Source: Saprolegnia diclina VS20 | Taxonomy: Eukaryota | Reading direction: 5' to 3' | Assembly (NCBI RefSeq): GCF_000281045.1 | Contig: NW_008246078.1 | Location: 878,280 to 942,279 of the forward strand | Length of the DNA stretch: 64,000 bases | Shown: one piece after another, positions 1 through 10,656 of the stretch | Numbering within the stretch: position 1 is the first letter of the stretch | How the letters are laid out: each line of letters begins with the position of its first letter | Made by a program: the position numbers and the translations under genes | The notes under the pieces: generated by a model | Told to the model about the DNA's origin: nothing | The model's input: only the letters and a program-made list of their open reading frames with translations | Database searches by the model: none

Positions 1-113
1 CAGAACGGGGACGAGGCGAGGGAGACGAGGCGAGAGAGACGAGGCGAGAGCGACGAGGCGAGAGAGACGGAACGAGTCAAAGACATGTTGTCGTTGGTGC
101 GCGGCACCACACA
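1..113 (-). repeat. Partial 3' LTR of the Gypsy element, with short GACGAGGCGAG(AG) tandem repeats at 10-65
   Basis: Minus strand reads TGA-AGAAGGGG-TGTGTGG: stop, PPT (about 114-123), then the TG LTR start at 111-113. The partner LTR is not visible. Confidence 0.7.
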
Positions 114-121
114 CCCCTTCT

Positions 122-1726
122 TCAAAGATGCCCGCGACGGGTTGAAGTCTTGGCGGGAGCTTTGGCCTTCTGGAGGCGCTTGCGCTGTGTACGGCCCTTG
201 CGAGCCGCCTTGGCCGAGTACTGGCTCGACGCATCGATCGGGTATTCGCGGAGGATGGCCGTGAGCTCGTTGTGGGCCATCGTGCCGGGTTGAACTTGAG
301 CGCAGGCCTTGGACATGTACTGCTTGTACTTGAGGTAGACATCTTCGGCCATGATGGCGACGGGCTCCCACGAGCTGCCTTCGATGCCGAGCCAGACTGT
401 ATCGAGCTCCATGACGCCGGCCTCATTGATGCGATGGCCTTGAAAATGATCGACCTCTGTGATCATGCTTGAGAAGTCGATGGCGTCGAGCAGTTGAGAC
501 GAGAGCTCCTTCGACGCGTTACTGTAGACCTTGAGGCGCGCGGCGTGGACGTAGTGAGTCTTCTTGGAGCGTACTTCTTCTACGAGGTAGACCCAGTCGG
601 ATACTGTGTCCTTGATTACCATCGGGCCATCCCAGCAAAAGGAGGCCTTGGGCACGTTTGGGCGCGTCGTGTGGACGAGGACGAAGTCGCCGATCGCGTA
701 CTGGCGGAGGACTGCCTTGGTGGCGCGATCTTGGGCTTGGCGCTTTTGCTCGCGGACGTGCGCCTTGCGGTCCGCGACTTGTCGGTGCATCTCGAAGAGG
801 GCTTTATGGAGCTCGTCGATGTCGTCGTATCGGGTACGCATGAACGTGTCGTAGTCGACCATGTCAAACGTAACAGGGTTGCAGATACCTTCGATCGGCA
901 GGCGCGGCGGCATGCCTGTGAAGACCGTGATCGGGCAACGGTTGCCGAGAAGACGTGACGGCGAGTGGTTGATGATCTTCATGGCCACGGCGGTTGCCTC
1001 GGGCCACGAGGAGTACGGGAGTTGCCACTCCGAGAGCAGGCACTGGACGAGCTTCTTGAAGCGTCGGTTGACGATCTCGACCGTGCCGTTGGACCACGGC
1101 GTGTGCGGGACCGTGAGATGGTGCCCGGCGCCATAGACACGGCTTAGCTCCTTGACGACTTGGTTCTTGAAGTGCGTGCCTTGATCGGACACCCAGGTCG
1201 TCGGGACGCCAAACTGGTTGGTGTAGCGGAAAAAAGCGTCCAAGAACGCTTCGACGTCGGCCGTCGCGTGGCTTGTCGCTTGGACCCAGCCGCTAAAGTC
1301 GTCCTTGAGGATGCAGACGTAGACTTCACCGGTGGTAGAGGGGCCCATGTGTAAAAAGTCGAAATGGAGCACTTCGTTGGGCTTGGAGGCGTGGATCTGG
1401 CTGCCCAAAGGCACGGGAATGACCTTACCTGGGGCAGACTTCTGGCACTGGTAGCACTGCTGGCAGAAACGCGTGACGTCGGCTTCTTGATCGGACCATG
1501 TGTAGCGATCGTGGAGCACGCGAAGTGTCGTGTCGATGCCATGATGACCCGCGAGGCCGCAGTGTGCGAGAATCACGAGTCGTGTCTTGATGTCGTTGTC
1601 GGGCGCGTCAGGGATCCACACGCTGCCGTTGTTGTCGCGGAGCAGTCCGTCGGCGTGGTCCTTGGACAGCTGCAGAGCGGCGCCTTGTGCTTGGCATTGT
1701 CTTTGTAAGGCCGCGATTTCCGCCAC
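122..1726 (-). CDS. Gypsy integrase with C-terminal chromodomain; separated from RT/RH by an in-frame TAG
   Basis: HHCC zinc motif (LAHCGLAGHHG...CQQCYQC), DDE core (LHFDFL, VSDQGTHF, NGTVEIVN), GPY/F-like WDGP, chromodomain-like VWLGIEGSSWEP. Confidence 0.9.
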   Translation of the reverse strand: MAEIAALQRQCQAQGAALQLSKDHADGLLRDNNGSVWIPDAPDNDIKTRLVILAHCGLAGHHGIDTTLRVLHDRYTWSDQEADVTRFCQQCYQCQKSAPGKVIPVPLGSQIHASKPNEVLHFDFLHMGPSTTGEVYVCILKDDFSGWVQATSHATADVEAFLDAFFRYTNQFGVPTTWVSDQGTHFKNQVVKELSRVYGAGHHLTVPHTPWSNGTVEIVNRRFKKLVQCLLSEWQLPYSSWPEATAVAMKIINHSPSRLLGNRCPITVFTGMPPRLPIEGICNPVTFDMVDYDTFMRTRYDDIDELHKALFEMHRQVADRKAHVREQKRQAQDRATKAVLRQYAIGDFVLVHTTRPNVPKASFCWDGPMVIKDTVSDWVYLVEEVRSKKTHYVHAARLKVYSNASKELSSQLLDAIDFSSMITEVDHFQGHRINEAGVMELDTVWLGIEGSSWEPVAIMAEDVYLKYKQYMSKACAQVQPGTMAHNELTAILREYPIDASSQYSAKAARKGRTQRKRLQKAKAPAKTSTRRGHL

Positions 1727-4396
1727 CTATGGCCAGACAAAGTCGGGATCGGCCAAAGGTCGCGGGTTGTCGGGAAACCGTACTTGGATGATCGCGTTGT
1801 TGACGGGCGTCGTCGGCGCCGAGTGAGGCGCGCAAAAAGACACCGGAGCAGTGCTGCCCGGACCGGCACCCCATCGAGAAAGAAGGTCGGCCCAGACGTT
1901 CGCTTCACCCGAGATGTGGTAGATCTTGTACTGGAAGCCCATGAGGATGAGGCTCCAGCGGAGGACCTTGTCGCACGTGTGGCGCGGGAGAGACGGATCC
2001 CGGCCTTTCGGGTCGAAGAGGTAGATCAAGTTGGCGTGGTCCACGAAGAGACAGAACTCGGTCGTGCGCAGCGTGAGGTGGGGCACACGCAGCACCGTGT
2101 CGAGCATCGCCAGCGCTTCCTTCTCGAGAATCGACCACGCAAGCTGCGAGCCACGCAGCGCCTTGGAGTGGAAGAAGAGCGGCGTGTGGTCTTGTTGGTC
2201 AACGGGGAGTTCGAGTTGATCCTTCGGCACCTGCGTGACGATGCCGCCGATGAAGTCGAGCGACGCGTCGGGAAAAACGCAGATGACTTGGTTCGGGTCC
2301 GGATGCGCGAGGAGCGTAGCCGAGGCGATCGCCGCCTTCATGGCCGCGAACGCGTCGAGTTCGGCAGAGGAGAAGAAACCATCAAGCGAGAAACGGGCAA
2401 GAGGCTGCTTCTTGTTCGTACCGGCTGCTTGATAGACACGCAACAGCGCGTCTTGTAGCGGCTTTGAGACTTCAGCGTAGCGTGGGATGTGCGTCCGCAT
2501 CCAGTTCGAAGCGCACATGAACTGGATGAGCTCCGCACCGGTACGTGGGAGAGGGAGATCGACGAGGGCCTTGATACGAGCCGGATCGTGCTGCACGCCG
2601 CGGCCCGAGATGATCTTGCCGCACCACTTGATCTCGCGCGCATAGAACACGCACTTGGTGGGGTTGAGCTTGAGGCCGACCTCGGCGCACCGTGTGAAGA
2701 TGGCGTCGAGGTTGGTCATGAGGTCTTCAGGCGTCTTGGCGTAGATCAAAAAGTCGTCGATCCAGATGAGGAGGCACTTGTAGAGCCACTTCTCAAAGAT
2801 GTCCGTGACGGCGGCTTGGTAGTAGGCGACCGAGCCTTTGCCACCCGTCGGGATGCGAGTGCTCGAGAACACGCCCATGTCCGTCATGAACGAGAAAATG
2901 TCGCGGCAGGCCTCGTGGAGCAGGAACTGCCAGTAGCCTTTGAACATGTCGAGGATGGCCAAAGCCTCGGCGCCGAGCAGATGCTCCATAATCGCTTCAA
3001 GGTTGGGCATGGGCCACTGGACGTCCTCGGTGCACGCATTTGCTTGCCGCATGTCGATGGTGAGCCGCCAGTCGTTGGTACCGGGCTTGCGGACCATATG
3101 CGGGTTGGACGCCCATGCACTGTTGTTGTTGCGGTACAGGATCGCAGAGCTGACGAGACCGGAGACGTAGTTCCGCAGCCACTCGCGCTGTTGAGGAGGG
3201 AGACGGCGCGGCGAGCACTTGTACGGCTTGGCGTTGGGCTTGAGTTTGACCATCATCGGCGGGTAGTCGACCGGCGGGTCCAAGCCGATCGCCGTGGGAA
3301 AGATGTCGCTGTGCTTCTCGAGTAGTTGCTCGAGCGCGGGCCACAAAACGCGAGGGAGACCGTTTGCCTTGGCCTCAGCCACACGCTGTTGGAGGATCTC
3401 GCGCACCTCGCGTCGTTGGATGTCGAGCGGGTCGGGCGTCGGAAGGCACGTTTCGAGGCCATCATAGACGGGATCGTCCGTCATCGTGGCGGCAGGCGCG
3501 GCCATGAGCGTGCCAATGCGGGGGAGACCGTCGGCTTGATCAAGCGGCGGTAGGTCGGCAAAGTCCCAAACGCGACGGATCTCGCCAGCCTTCTGGAGGA
3601 GAGACGTCGGGTCGTAGCCGAGTTGGTGCATCACATGACGAGACACCAGAAGATCGCCGCAATAGTCGGGCAGCTCGTCCTCTTGGATCATGCAGGGGAG
3701 CGATTGGAGCTTGAGCGAGCTGCTGCCAGCGGGCAAGATGAGGTCAAGCACGACCTTCTCCGAGATCGTTGACACTTGGCCCGTGAATGTCAGTACACGT
3801 TGCGAGACCGCCAAAACCGTCGGCTTGACGTCGCTTCCGGCCAGTAGAGCCTTGTCCACCCACGCCCGCGTGACGACCGTCATGTCGGCGCCCGAATCGA
3901 GTTGCACCGAGATAGGGACCGACACTGGCCCGGCCAGGGCGCCAGACAAGAGATCGCGGGGTGGTTGTTCAGTGGCTGGGACGAGGCTATCTTCCGCAGA
4001 CTGGATCATGTTGTTGCGGGGGATCGGAGGCGTCGTCGGGGTCGCACGCTGCTGGTCGTAGAAGGCCTTGAGGAGGGTCTTCTTTTCCGCTACGCCGGCG
4101 TCGTTGTCCGGGATGAGCGGGCACTTCCAGACGTTGTGGTCCACAGCCTTGCACTTGAGGCATGGGTGCTTGGGCTTGGAGTCGCCGGTGGGCGCCTTCT
4201 TGGTTGTCGCAGCGCCACCAGGCACCTTGGCACCACCAACGTCGGTCTTCGAGCCTTGCTTCTTGTGCACCTTGTCCTTGTCCTTCGTCACGCCAGTGGG
4301 CGTGGTGTCGCCGGTGGGAGGCGTTCCGGCGGAGGGCTTCTTGAAGTTGTCGAAGGCGGGTGTAGGCTCCAAACGTGTCGATGAGAAGACCCACAA
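1727..4396 (-). CDS. Gypsy gag C-terminus/pol: CCHC zinc knuckle, aspartic protease, reverse transcriptase, RNase H
   Basis: CLKCKAVDHNVWKC knuckle; LDSGAD protease; LDMFKGYWQ and WIDDFLIY RT motifs; FPDASL, EKEALA, FVDHANL and NVWADLLSR RNase H motifs. No real ATG start, so it would be reached by a frame change from gag. Confidence 0.93.
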   Translation of the reverse strand: MWVFSSTRLEPTPAFDNFKKPSAGTPPTGDTTPTGVTKDKDKVHKKQGSKTDVGGAKVPGGAATTKKAPTGDSKPKHPCLKCKAVDHNVWKCPLIPDNDAGVAEKKTLLKAFYDQQRATPTTPPIPRNNMIQSAEDSLVPATEQPPRDLLSGALAGPVSVPISVQLDSGADMTVVTRAWVDKALLAGSDVKPTVLAVSQRVLTFTGQVSTISEKVVLDLILPAGSSSLKLQSLPCMIQEDELPDYCGDLLVSRHVMHQLGYDPTSLLQKAGEIRRVWDFADLPPLDQADGLPRIGTLMAAPAATMTDDPVYDGLETCLPTPDPLDIQRREVREILQQRVAEAKANGLPRVLWPALEQLLEKHSDIFPTAIGLDPPVDYPPMMVKLKPNAKPYKCSPRRLPPQQREWLRNYVSGLVSSAILYRNNNSAWASNPHMVRKPGTNDWRLTIDMRQANACTEDVQWPMPNLEAIMEHLLGAEALAILDMFKGYWQFLLHEACRDIFSFMTDMGVFSSTRIPTGGKGSVAYYQAAVTDIFEKWLYKCLLIWIDDFLIYAKTPEDLMTNLDAIFTRCAEVGLKLNPTKCVFYAREIKWCGKIISGRGVQHDPARIKALVDLPLPRTGAELIQFMCASNWMRTHIPRYAEVSKPLQDALLRVYQAAGTNKKQPLARFSLDGFFSSAELDAFAAMKAAIASATLLAHPDPNQVICVFPDASLDFIGGIVTQVPKDQLELPVDQQDHTPLFFHSKALRGSQLAWSILEKEALAMLDTVLRVPHLTLRTTEFCLFVDHANLIYLFDPKGRDPSLPRHTCDKVLRWSLILMGFQYKIYHISGEANVWADLLSRWGAGPGSTAPVSFCAPHSAPTTPVNNAIIQVRFPDNPRPLADPDFVWP

Positions 4397-5303
4397 AGTC
4401 GTCCCACCGCTTGTAACGCTTCTTGGAGAAGTTGACCTCTTGACGCAAATACGACTGGAGGTACTCGGGCCGCACCGCGTGGATGATGTGGTTGCGGGCC
4501 GATTCGGGCTCCACGTCGTGGTACTCGCGGAAGCCCGATTCGTCGCAGATGCGTGCGTATTGTTCGATCAGTACAAGGGCACGAGACTCGCCGTTGCGAA
4601 TCGTCTCGTCGCACCGAAGTTCCCGACGCACACGCGCAAAGAAGTCCGCAACGTTGGTCTTCACGCGCTCGCAGTCGGTCTTGAAGAACGCATAGAGCTC
4701 GTCGTCCGGGACTGAGTCGAGGTCCCGGTTGCCTTGGCCCCAGCGGTAGCGCAGCATCGTCCGAAGCGTGTTGTTGTCCACACAATAGCGCAACACGCGC
4801 CGCTGTATGGCTACTTGACCGCCGAACTGGTTGAACCGCTCTTGGATCGCGTCTTCGTAGCGGCGCCACTCGAGCCAGAAAGCCTTCATTTTCGCGGTGT
4901 CGCTCGAGTTGAGGAACGGTGCCTTGATGTCGTCTGCCGTGACGATTTGCGAGAAACCCTCAGGCATGGTCTTGGCGTATTGCCCAGGGCCGTCCGGTGC
5001 CGGGCGGTTCTGCTCGACGGATTCGGGCGCAAGGTGAGTGAAATGATGGAACTCGACCGGCGGCAGTTGTTGCGCGAGGCTGCGCGTCCGGGCTGCCGCA
5101 CCGAGCCACTGGTTGTTGGTGATGAACTTGTTGAAAAGGTCGTCCATCTGCCCGAGCGTCAACGTGACCGTCGCGTCCGGGTCATCGAAAGCACCCATCG
5201 AGGCGTCCGTGCTGCCACGACGGTAGGTTGGCGCCACCTTGGGCGTCGCGGGGATCGGGACGTTCTTTGGGTCCACGGGTTGGACACGAGGTGACGTGGC
5301 CAT
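3987..5303 (-). CDS. Gypsy gag N-terminal part; the portion below about 4350 is probably out-of-frame run-on
   Basis: ATG at 5303, position upstream of pol, helical capsid-like sequence; overlaps the pol frame. Confidence 0.75.
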   Translation of the reverse strand: MATSPRVQPVDPKNVPIPATPKVAPTYRRGSTDASMGAFDDPDATVTLTLGQMDDLFNKFITNNQWLGAAARTRSLAQQLPPVEFHHFTHLAPESVEQNRPAPDGPGQYAKTMPEGFSQIVTADDIKAPFLNSSDTAKMKAFWLEWRRYEDAIQERFNQFGGQVAIQRRVLRYCVDNNTLRTMLRYRWGQGNRDLDSVPDDELYAFFKTDCERVKTNVADFFARVRRELRCDETIRNGESRALVLIEQYARICDESGFREYHDVEPESARNHIIHAVRPEYLQSYLRQEVNFSKKRYKRWDDFVGLLIDTFGAYTRLRQLQEALRRNASHRRHHAHWRDEGQGQGAQEARLEDRRWWCQGAWWRCDNQEGAHRRLQAQAPMPQVQGCGPQRLEVPAHPGQRRRRSGKEDPPQGLLRPAACDPDDASDPPQQHDPVCGR

Positions 5304-5639
5304 CTTGGGGGAGTGTTGGGGGAGGCTTGCTTGTCAGCAACTAAAGAATTCTTTNNNNNNNNNNNNNNNNNNNNNNNNNNNNNNNNNNNNNNNNNNNNNN
5401 NNNNNNNNNNNNNNNNNNNNNNNNNNNNNNNNNNNNNNNNNNNNNNNNNNNNNNNNNNNNNNNNNNNNNNNNNNNNNNNNNNNNNNNNNNNNNNNNNNNN
5501 NNNNNNNNNNNNNNNNNNNNNNNNNNNNNNNNNNNNNNNNNNNNNNNNNNNNNNNNNNNNNNNNNNNNNNNNNNNNNNNNNNNNNNNNNNNNNNNNNNNN
5601 NNNNNNNNNNNNNNNNNNNNNNNNNNNNNNNNNNNNNNN

Positions 5640-6321
5640 TGTCCTCAGTAGCATCGTCGACGTGATCGAGGTGCTCACGCTTACCACGCCTCGCGAGGCG
5701 CTGCCGTTTGTGACTTCTTGGCGGGCAGCACTGCCAGCGACATTGGACGCGACCCGCTCGTGCCTCTACCCCGTCATCGAGATGCTCTACCGCCGGTTTC
5801 AAAGCAAGGACCTCGACCTTGTCGTGCACCTGGCGGGTCCGTGCTTGACAGCGTTGCTACAAGGCGGCGCGCTAACCCCGGTGCCCGTCTTGAACGATTT
5901 TGTCTTGACGGCCATTGACGTTGACGCGGACCACTGTGACGAGTGTGCCGCGTTTGATGATTTTCTGCTCGATGGACACTGCATTGAGTTTCGGTGCGCG
6001 AACGACGGCCCGTGCGAAGCACTCGACGATCTCGTGAAGGCCTACCCCCAAGAGCTCCTGCTGGACCAAGTGGACGGGAGCGACGACTCGGCGAGCGACG
6101 TTGAAGACGCTGAAGACGAGCGGCCGACCAACTCTTTTATTTGGAAGCGAGCGCAACCTGGTGGTGTGACCTATGACGATCTTATCGCGTATCTGAACCG
6201 CCGGGCACAACTGAAAGAAGATACTGAGCGCGTCGCAGTGCTCGACGAGGTCCTCGCCCTCCATGCGGCCGTCACGGACGACGACGAGCCTGCACCAAAG
6301 CGGCCACATCATGAAACGTAG
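5640..6321 (+). CDS. 3' part of a paralog of the 2OG-Fe(II) oxygenase-like family (5' end in gap)
   Basis: HCDECAAFDDFL...C motif and terminal APKRPHHET resemble the CxCxxC..FL and KRxxxA ends of the 28-43 kb paralogs. Confidence 0.6.
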
Positions 6322-8380
6322 TCGACGCCAATGCTATTTGTCTGCATGCATAAATGTAGTACGAAATTTCGTTTGATTGAATCGAGGGGTTTGCCAAATC
6401 TTACTGAGCTCCAAACGAGTGCAACTACGTACTGAGCTATGTGCCGAACTTTGTACCGAGCTGGTGGATTTGTCCGGAATTGACGCGGCGCAAACGAAAG
6501 CACTTGCGGCTCGCACGCACCACGTGAGACGCCCCTTCAATGCTGCTCAATGGCGCTGTAGTGGGTGTTTGGCGCGCGTACGAAGGTGAAACGACCTTTT
6601 CACGAAGGGCGTATCTTGCGAGCAGTGGTCGAGCTAGCATTCTAGATCTCGACTCCTACCAAGCAACCCACCTCACCTCACCCGAGGTCCTGGCAGGAAT
6701 CAAGGCATAGCGCTAATACCCCTGAGCAAGCTCGCCATTGTGAAATATGTAGTTGTTGAATCTTCACGTCCCCGCCTCCCAATGCAGGTAGTACTTGTAC
6801 CATCGAACGACCGGATCGCGATGAGAACCGTATGGGTTAGACAAGTCAACGGGCGCACCACGTGGCACAGGGCGAGGAAGGTATCGTATCTAAAACGGCG
6901 CACACGAGCTGCAACATAGTGCTTATTGGCACTTTGCAATTGTACCTATATGCAAATACGACTAGTCGGTGCGACGGAATCTCTACTCGCGTATTGGACG
7001 CTCAGCTCGTTATGTTGCGTGCGGAAGCGTACCACCACAAGCCCATGCTGTCACCGATCCAGTCAACACTGTCACCGATCTGAAAAATACTAGTACCAAA
7101 TGCCAACTGTGGCGTCGCTCGGTGCAGTTGTGCGACCCGAGGTGTCTCTTTCGGTTTCGAGTACATGCATCAAGAACATTTGTCATCGTCCCACCATCTC
7201 GAAGGGCTATAAAACGATCGCGGATTGTGAATATATCGTGGCTTTGTTCTACTGTTCTGAGTTTCTGATCTATCATCTCGGTGCTTGAACGTCGTGCGGC
7301 ATGGATCTAGAATAGCTGTCGGTGTTTTGTTTACATATCGGAGGCTATTTTCACCTCACTGATTTGTCCGTCCGCCATCTCTGCATACTCCCAGAAAGGA
7401 CCGACCTCGCCGAACGCTCGCGACGCCTTGCAACCCACAGCGTCCTGCGAGGGGGATGGGGCCCTCTCTGGGGCCCTCTTAAAGTGCCACGAAATCTGGT
7501 TCGATTGGAATCTAGTGTCTTGTAACTGGCATTATAACCGTAACTGCCTGAGGTCGCCAGAGTCGTTACTCGTGCATCTCGCGCACGCTCAGCCAACTTC
7601 AAAAGGCGCACGTGACAAGTGATAGCGACCCTTGCGATAGCGTGCCGATGGTTCACCTCGATATTTTGACTACGGATTGCCCAATACTACTAGCACCGGT
7701 ACTAAATGCCGACCGAACACAGGGGTAGCCATCTGGCAACGGAACGTCATTTGGTGGTACGCTCTGTCCATGATCTGCTTGACTAAGCGGCCATGTGCTC
7801 TGTCCAGCACCGATGGCCACATCTGCTCGCGATAACTCGCTTGAGAAACTCATCCAAGCGCTCGTATCTTGGAACTACGCGCTGGGTTTGGAGTCATCAC
7901 ACACCATATTGGACAAGGGTGTGGCCTAGGAGCAATCGGTGGCGACGGAGTAAACAAAGAGCAATGTATGGGAGGTTGAGACTCTCCGCGGGGTTACCAC
8001 ACGTCACTGGGTAGGTATTTCGATCCGATTCACATCCTCGCTGCCTTCTCGCCTCGCACCTAGGGCACGTCAAATTGCCGACCAACGTTCAAACGGCCTG
8101 TGGCTCACGAGGACGCGGGCCAGAGGTACTTACTAGTATTAGTTATTCATTTCTGACTCGGGTAGTGCTCTAAATCGTTAGGAGAAGTCTCGTTCGACAC
8201 ACAACACACTATTCGACTCTGATTAGTATCGTCTCTCTGTAACTTGCTTGTGAAAAAGCACGTCAAGGCGGTGATGGACACCCTGTCAAGCTCGTGGGAC
8301 ATACGCGCATATGACGACCGTGCATGATGCGTTCATACCAGCAGTATTACTCAAGGCGTATCAACCACCGCCGTCACGTC

Positions 8381-8394
8381 ACTCATTTTGCAAC
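8381..8394 (+). promoter_or_regulatory. Oomycete INR(+FPR)-like core promoter
   Basis: ACTCATTTTGCAAC lies just upstream of ATG 8400. A similar GCTCAGTTTTCAAA lies at about 12628-12641, upstream of ATG 12657. Confidence 0.55.
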
Positions 8395-8399
8395 CCGCC

Positions 8400-9648
8400 A
8401 TGGCGACCACAAGCACCGCACCGCCGCTCTACACGGACCTCGAGGCCATCTTGAGCCGCTTCCGCCGCAAGCGCAGCAAACAAATCGCGTTCTTGCGACG
8501 GTACATCGACGTCCTCCAGAAGCGTGTCGGCCACCTCCAGTGGAGTCACTCGACACTTCTGGGCTGGGAGGACGTCTCGAAAGCGCTCGCAGAAGACACG
8601 CTGGACAGAGTCCGGGAAAATCGATCCCTGAAGCGCGAGGTTGCAGCTTCTCAGGGCCTTCGCACCCTCCTCGCGGCGTGGGTAAGTGCCCACGCATCCT
8701 CACCGCACGTACATACACTTTCTTTGCCTTGCATGCATCTCAAGGCAACGGTTGTAGACACGGACACCCGGGCACGATCCGTGGACAACCGCACGGCTCT
8801 TCAACGGTGCACCGGACGCGCGCAAGGTCGGGCTCGAGTGGATCTTGCAGCAGTGCTACCACAACACGTCGAGCGCGCTGGCCCACGTGTCGGCAGCGCT
8901 TCACAACGACGATGACGCGGTCCGCGTCGCCATGACGTTTGACGGCACTGCAATGAGTCTCACAGTCACATCCCAGTGGATCGAGCCGTACCCGATGCCG
9001 CATGTCGCCGACGCCACGTGGAGTGCGAGCCGGTCGTTCTTAGCAACGTGCTGCTCCAAGCAGACGAACTGCTCGACGCTGCGCACCGCCGTAAGCAGCT
9101 ACGTCGAATACTTTCACGAAGACGTTGGCCCCCCGTGCCAGAAAATCATTGCCAATGCGCTCTACGGTCGATACGACACGCCCGACCGCACCGTGCTCAT
9201 CAGTCGCTCAGTTCTCTCGGATGAGGCCCACCCTGTGCCGCAGGATACGTGGTGCACCGACTCACGTCAATGGTTTGAACTTTTGTTTTTCGATATTGGG
9301 TTTTACATGACGCTATTGGTTAGGATCGTTCTAGACCGCATGCATGCAAATGCGACGCGGGTACGGGTCTACGACTACAGCGGACACCCGATTTATCCCA
9401 GCGGCCAACTCGTGCCATTGACGGTTCTCGCCAAACTCAAGAGGTTTGAGACCACGTCGGACGACGCGGCGTACGCCTATTTGGCCGACCACTTTGATCG
9501 GCACCAACGCAAGGAGCAAGCAAGTTTCCGCCGCCACCTTGAAACGTGTTTGCAGCACTGTGGACACACTCTGGTGGCCACGCGTGCATTCAAACCCACC
9601 GTCAAGATCGAAGCGAATGCACAGACGCCAACCCATTGTACCTCTTGA
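8400..9648 (+). CDS. Array paralog A: bZIP-like coiled coil plus START-like domain (M96-like architecture); introns 8709-8757 and 9273-9323
   Basis: LLGWEDVSKALAEDTLDRVRENRSLK, EWILQQCYHNT, NALYGRY and DSRQW motifs are shared with five neighbours. GT-AG introns give a continuous frame. Confidence 0.85.
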
Positions 9649-10656
9649 AATGCATTGTGCCGTATGAAATCCGAGAGTTTTGCACAACATTGTCTATGAT
9701 CCAGGTTGGTAAAGCCATTACGTTTATGCAGTCGGCAAACAGCCGTCGTGGCTTGACAGAGACAAATGCGGACACGAGGCCGGATACGAGGCCGACCGCA
9801 GTCCTGGTCGTGCAATTGTAGTAAAGCTTACCTCGATGCGACAAGGGCACTCTCTCGACCTTACCTAGCGAGAAGCAGGGACACCATGCGTGCGATTGCG
9901 CAATGGTGTACGAAACGAGCACAATGCAACGGTTTGCATAACGAGAAGGAGTAGCTTGCACCCAGCGACCCCTTCTTTCGCAAGCGGGGGGCGCAAGCGA
10001 GCTCATGCTTCCTTGGCTAGAGTTGCATTCGAGTAGCTATATGCGACTTCTTGGAGTAAACACTGGTCCAACGGCGTCATAAAGCGCATACTACCTCATC
10101 ATCAAGAAAAATTTGCTTTGCGTTGCAAAGCCCAGCTGCCAAAGTGCACATGACCAAAGTGGACCAGGGCTCACGCATGTGCATGGCCCGCGCAAAACGA
10201 TTCTTCACAAGCATACAGCCCACGATTATGCACCCAGCGCGACTGATAAGGAGGGCGCTTGGCACAAGGCTTGCCCCCCACGTCCCCCCCAAGTGCCTGG
10301 CACAAGACATCCGGGAGCGACGCATGTACTGAATGCAAGCCTGAGTCTCCACGCCTGGGATATTAGGCAGCATAGGGCAGTGCAGCGACGTGGACTTCTT
10401 CTGGACTGTCGCCTGCACCACAACTGCGGGCAAAGTCGGCTGGCACTGCGCTACATGTACTCGTACATTGCATGAAAGGCGCTGCCCACGACCACCTCCC
10501 ACGGTGGACCACATGTCCCGAACGTCAACCTACAGACACTGTTGGACGATGATTCTTACTCACGAGGTAGAATCAGATGAGGCGCGCTTAGTAGCAACCA
10601 ACGCACTAGCATGGGCGAGGTGTTAGTCCTCATCTTCTCTCTCGCAACGACAAACC

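Larger units (their letters stand above)
1..5354 (-). mobile_element. Ty3/Gypsy (chromovirus-like) LTR retrotransposon; 5' LTR/PBS presumably in the N-gap, 3' LTR runs off the window start
   Basis: Domain order gag-PR-RT-RH-IN-chromodomain on the minus strand. A polypurine tract followed by TG comes directly after the integrase stop. Confidence 0.95.

Noticed and set aside
10..65. CRISPR-like array
   Set aside because: There are no unique spacers; it is a simple repeat inside the LTR of a eukaryotic element.
5239..5687. ORFs spanning N-gaps (also 21.8-22.6, 43.0-43.4 and 59.9-61.1 kb)
   Set aside because: Their length is inflated by Ns; frames across gaps are meaningless.
6322..8300. Possible degenerate transposon or gene in an intergenic stretch
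   Set aside because: Only short ORFs; no domain, TIR or LTR that I could support.
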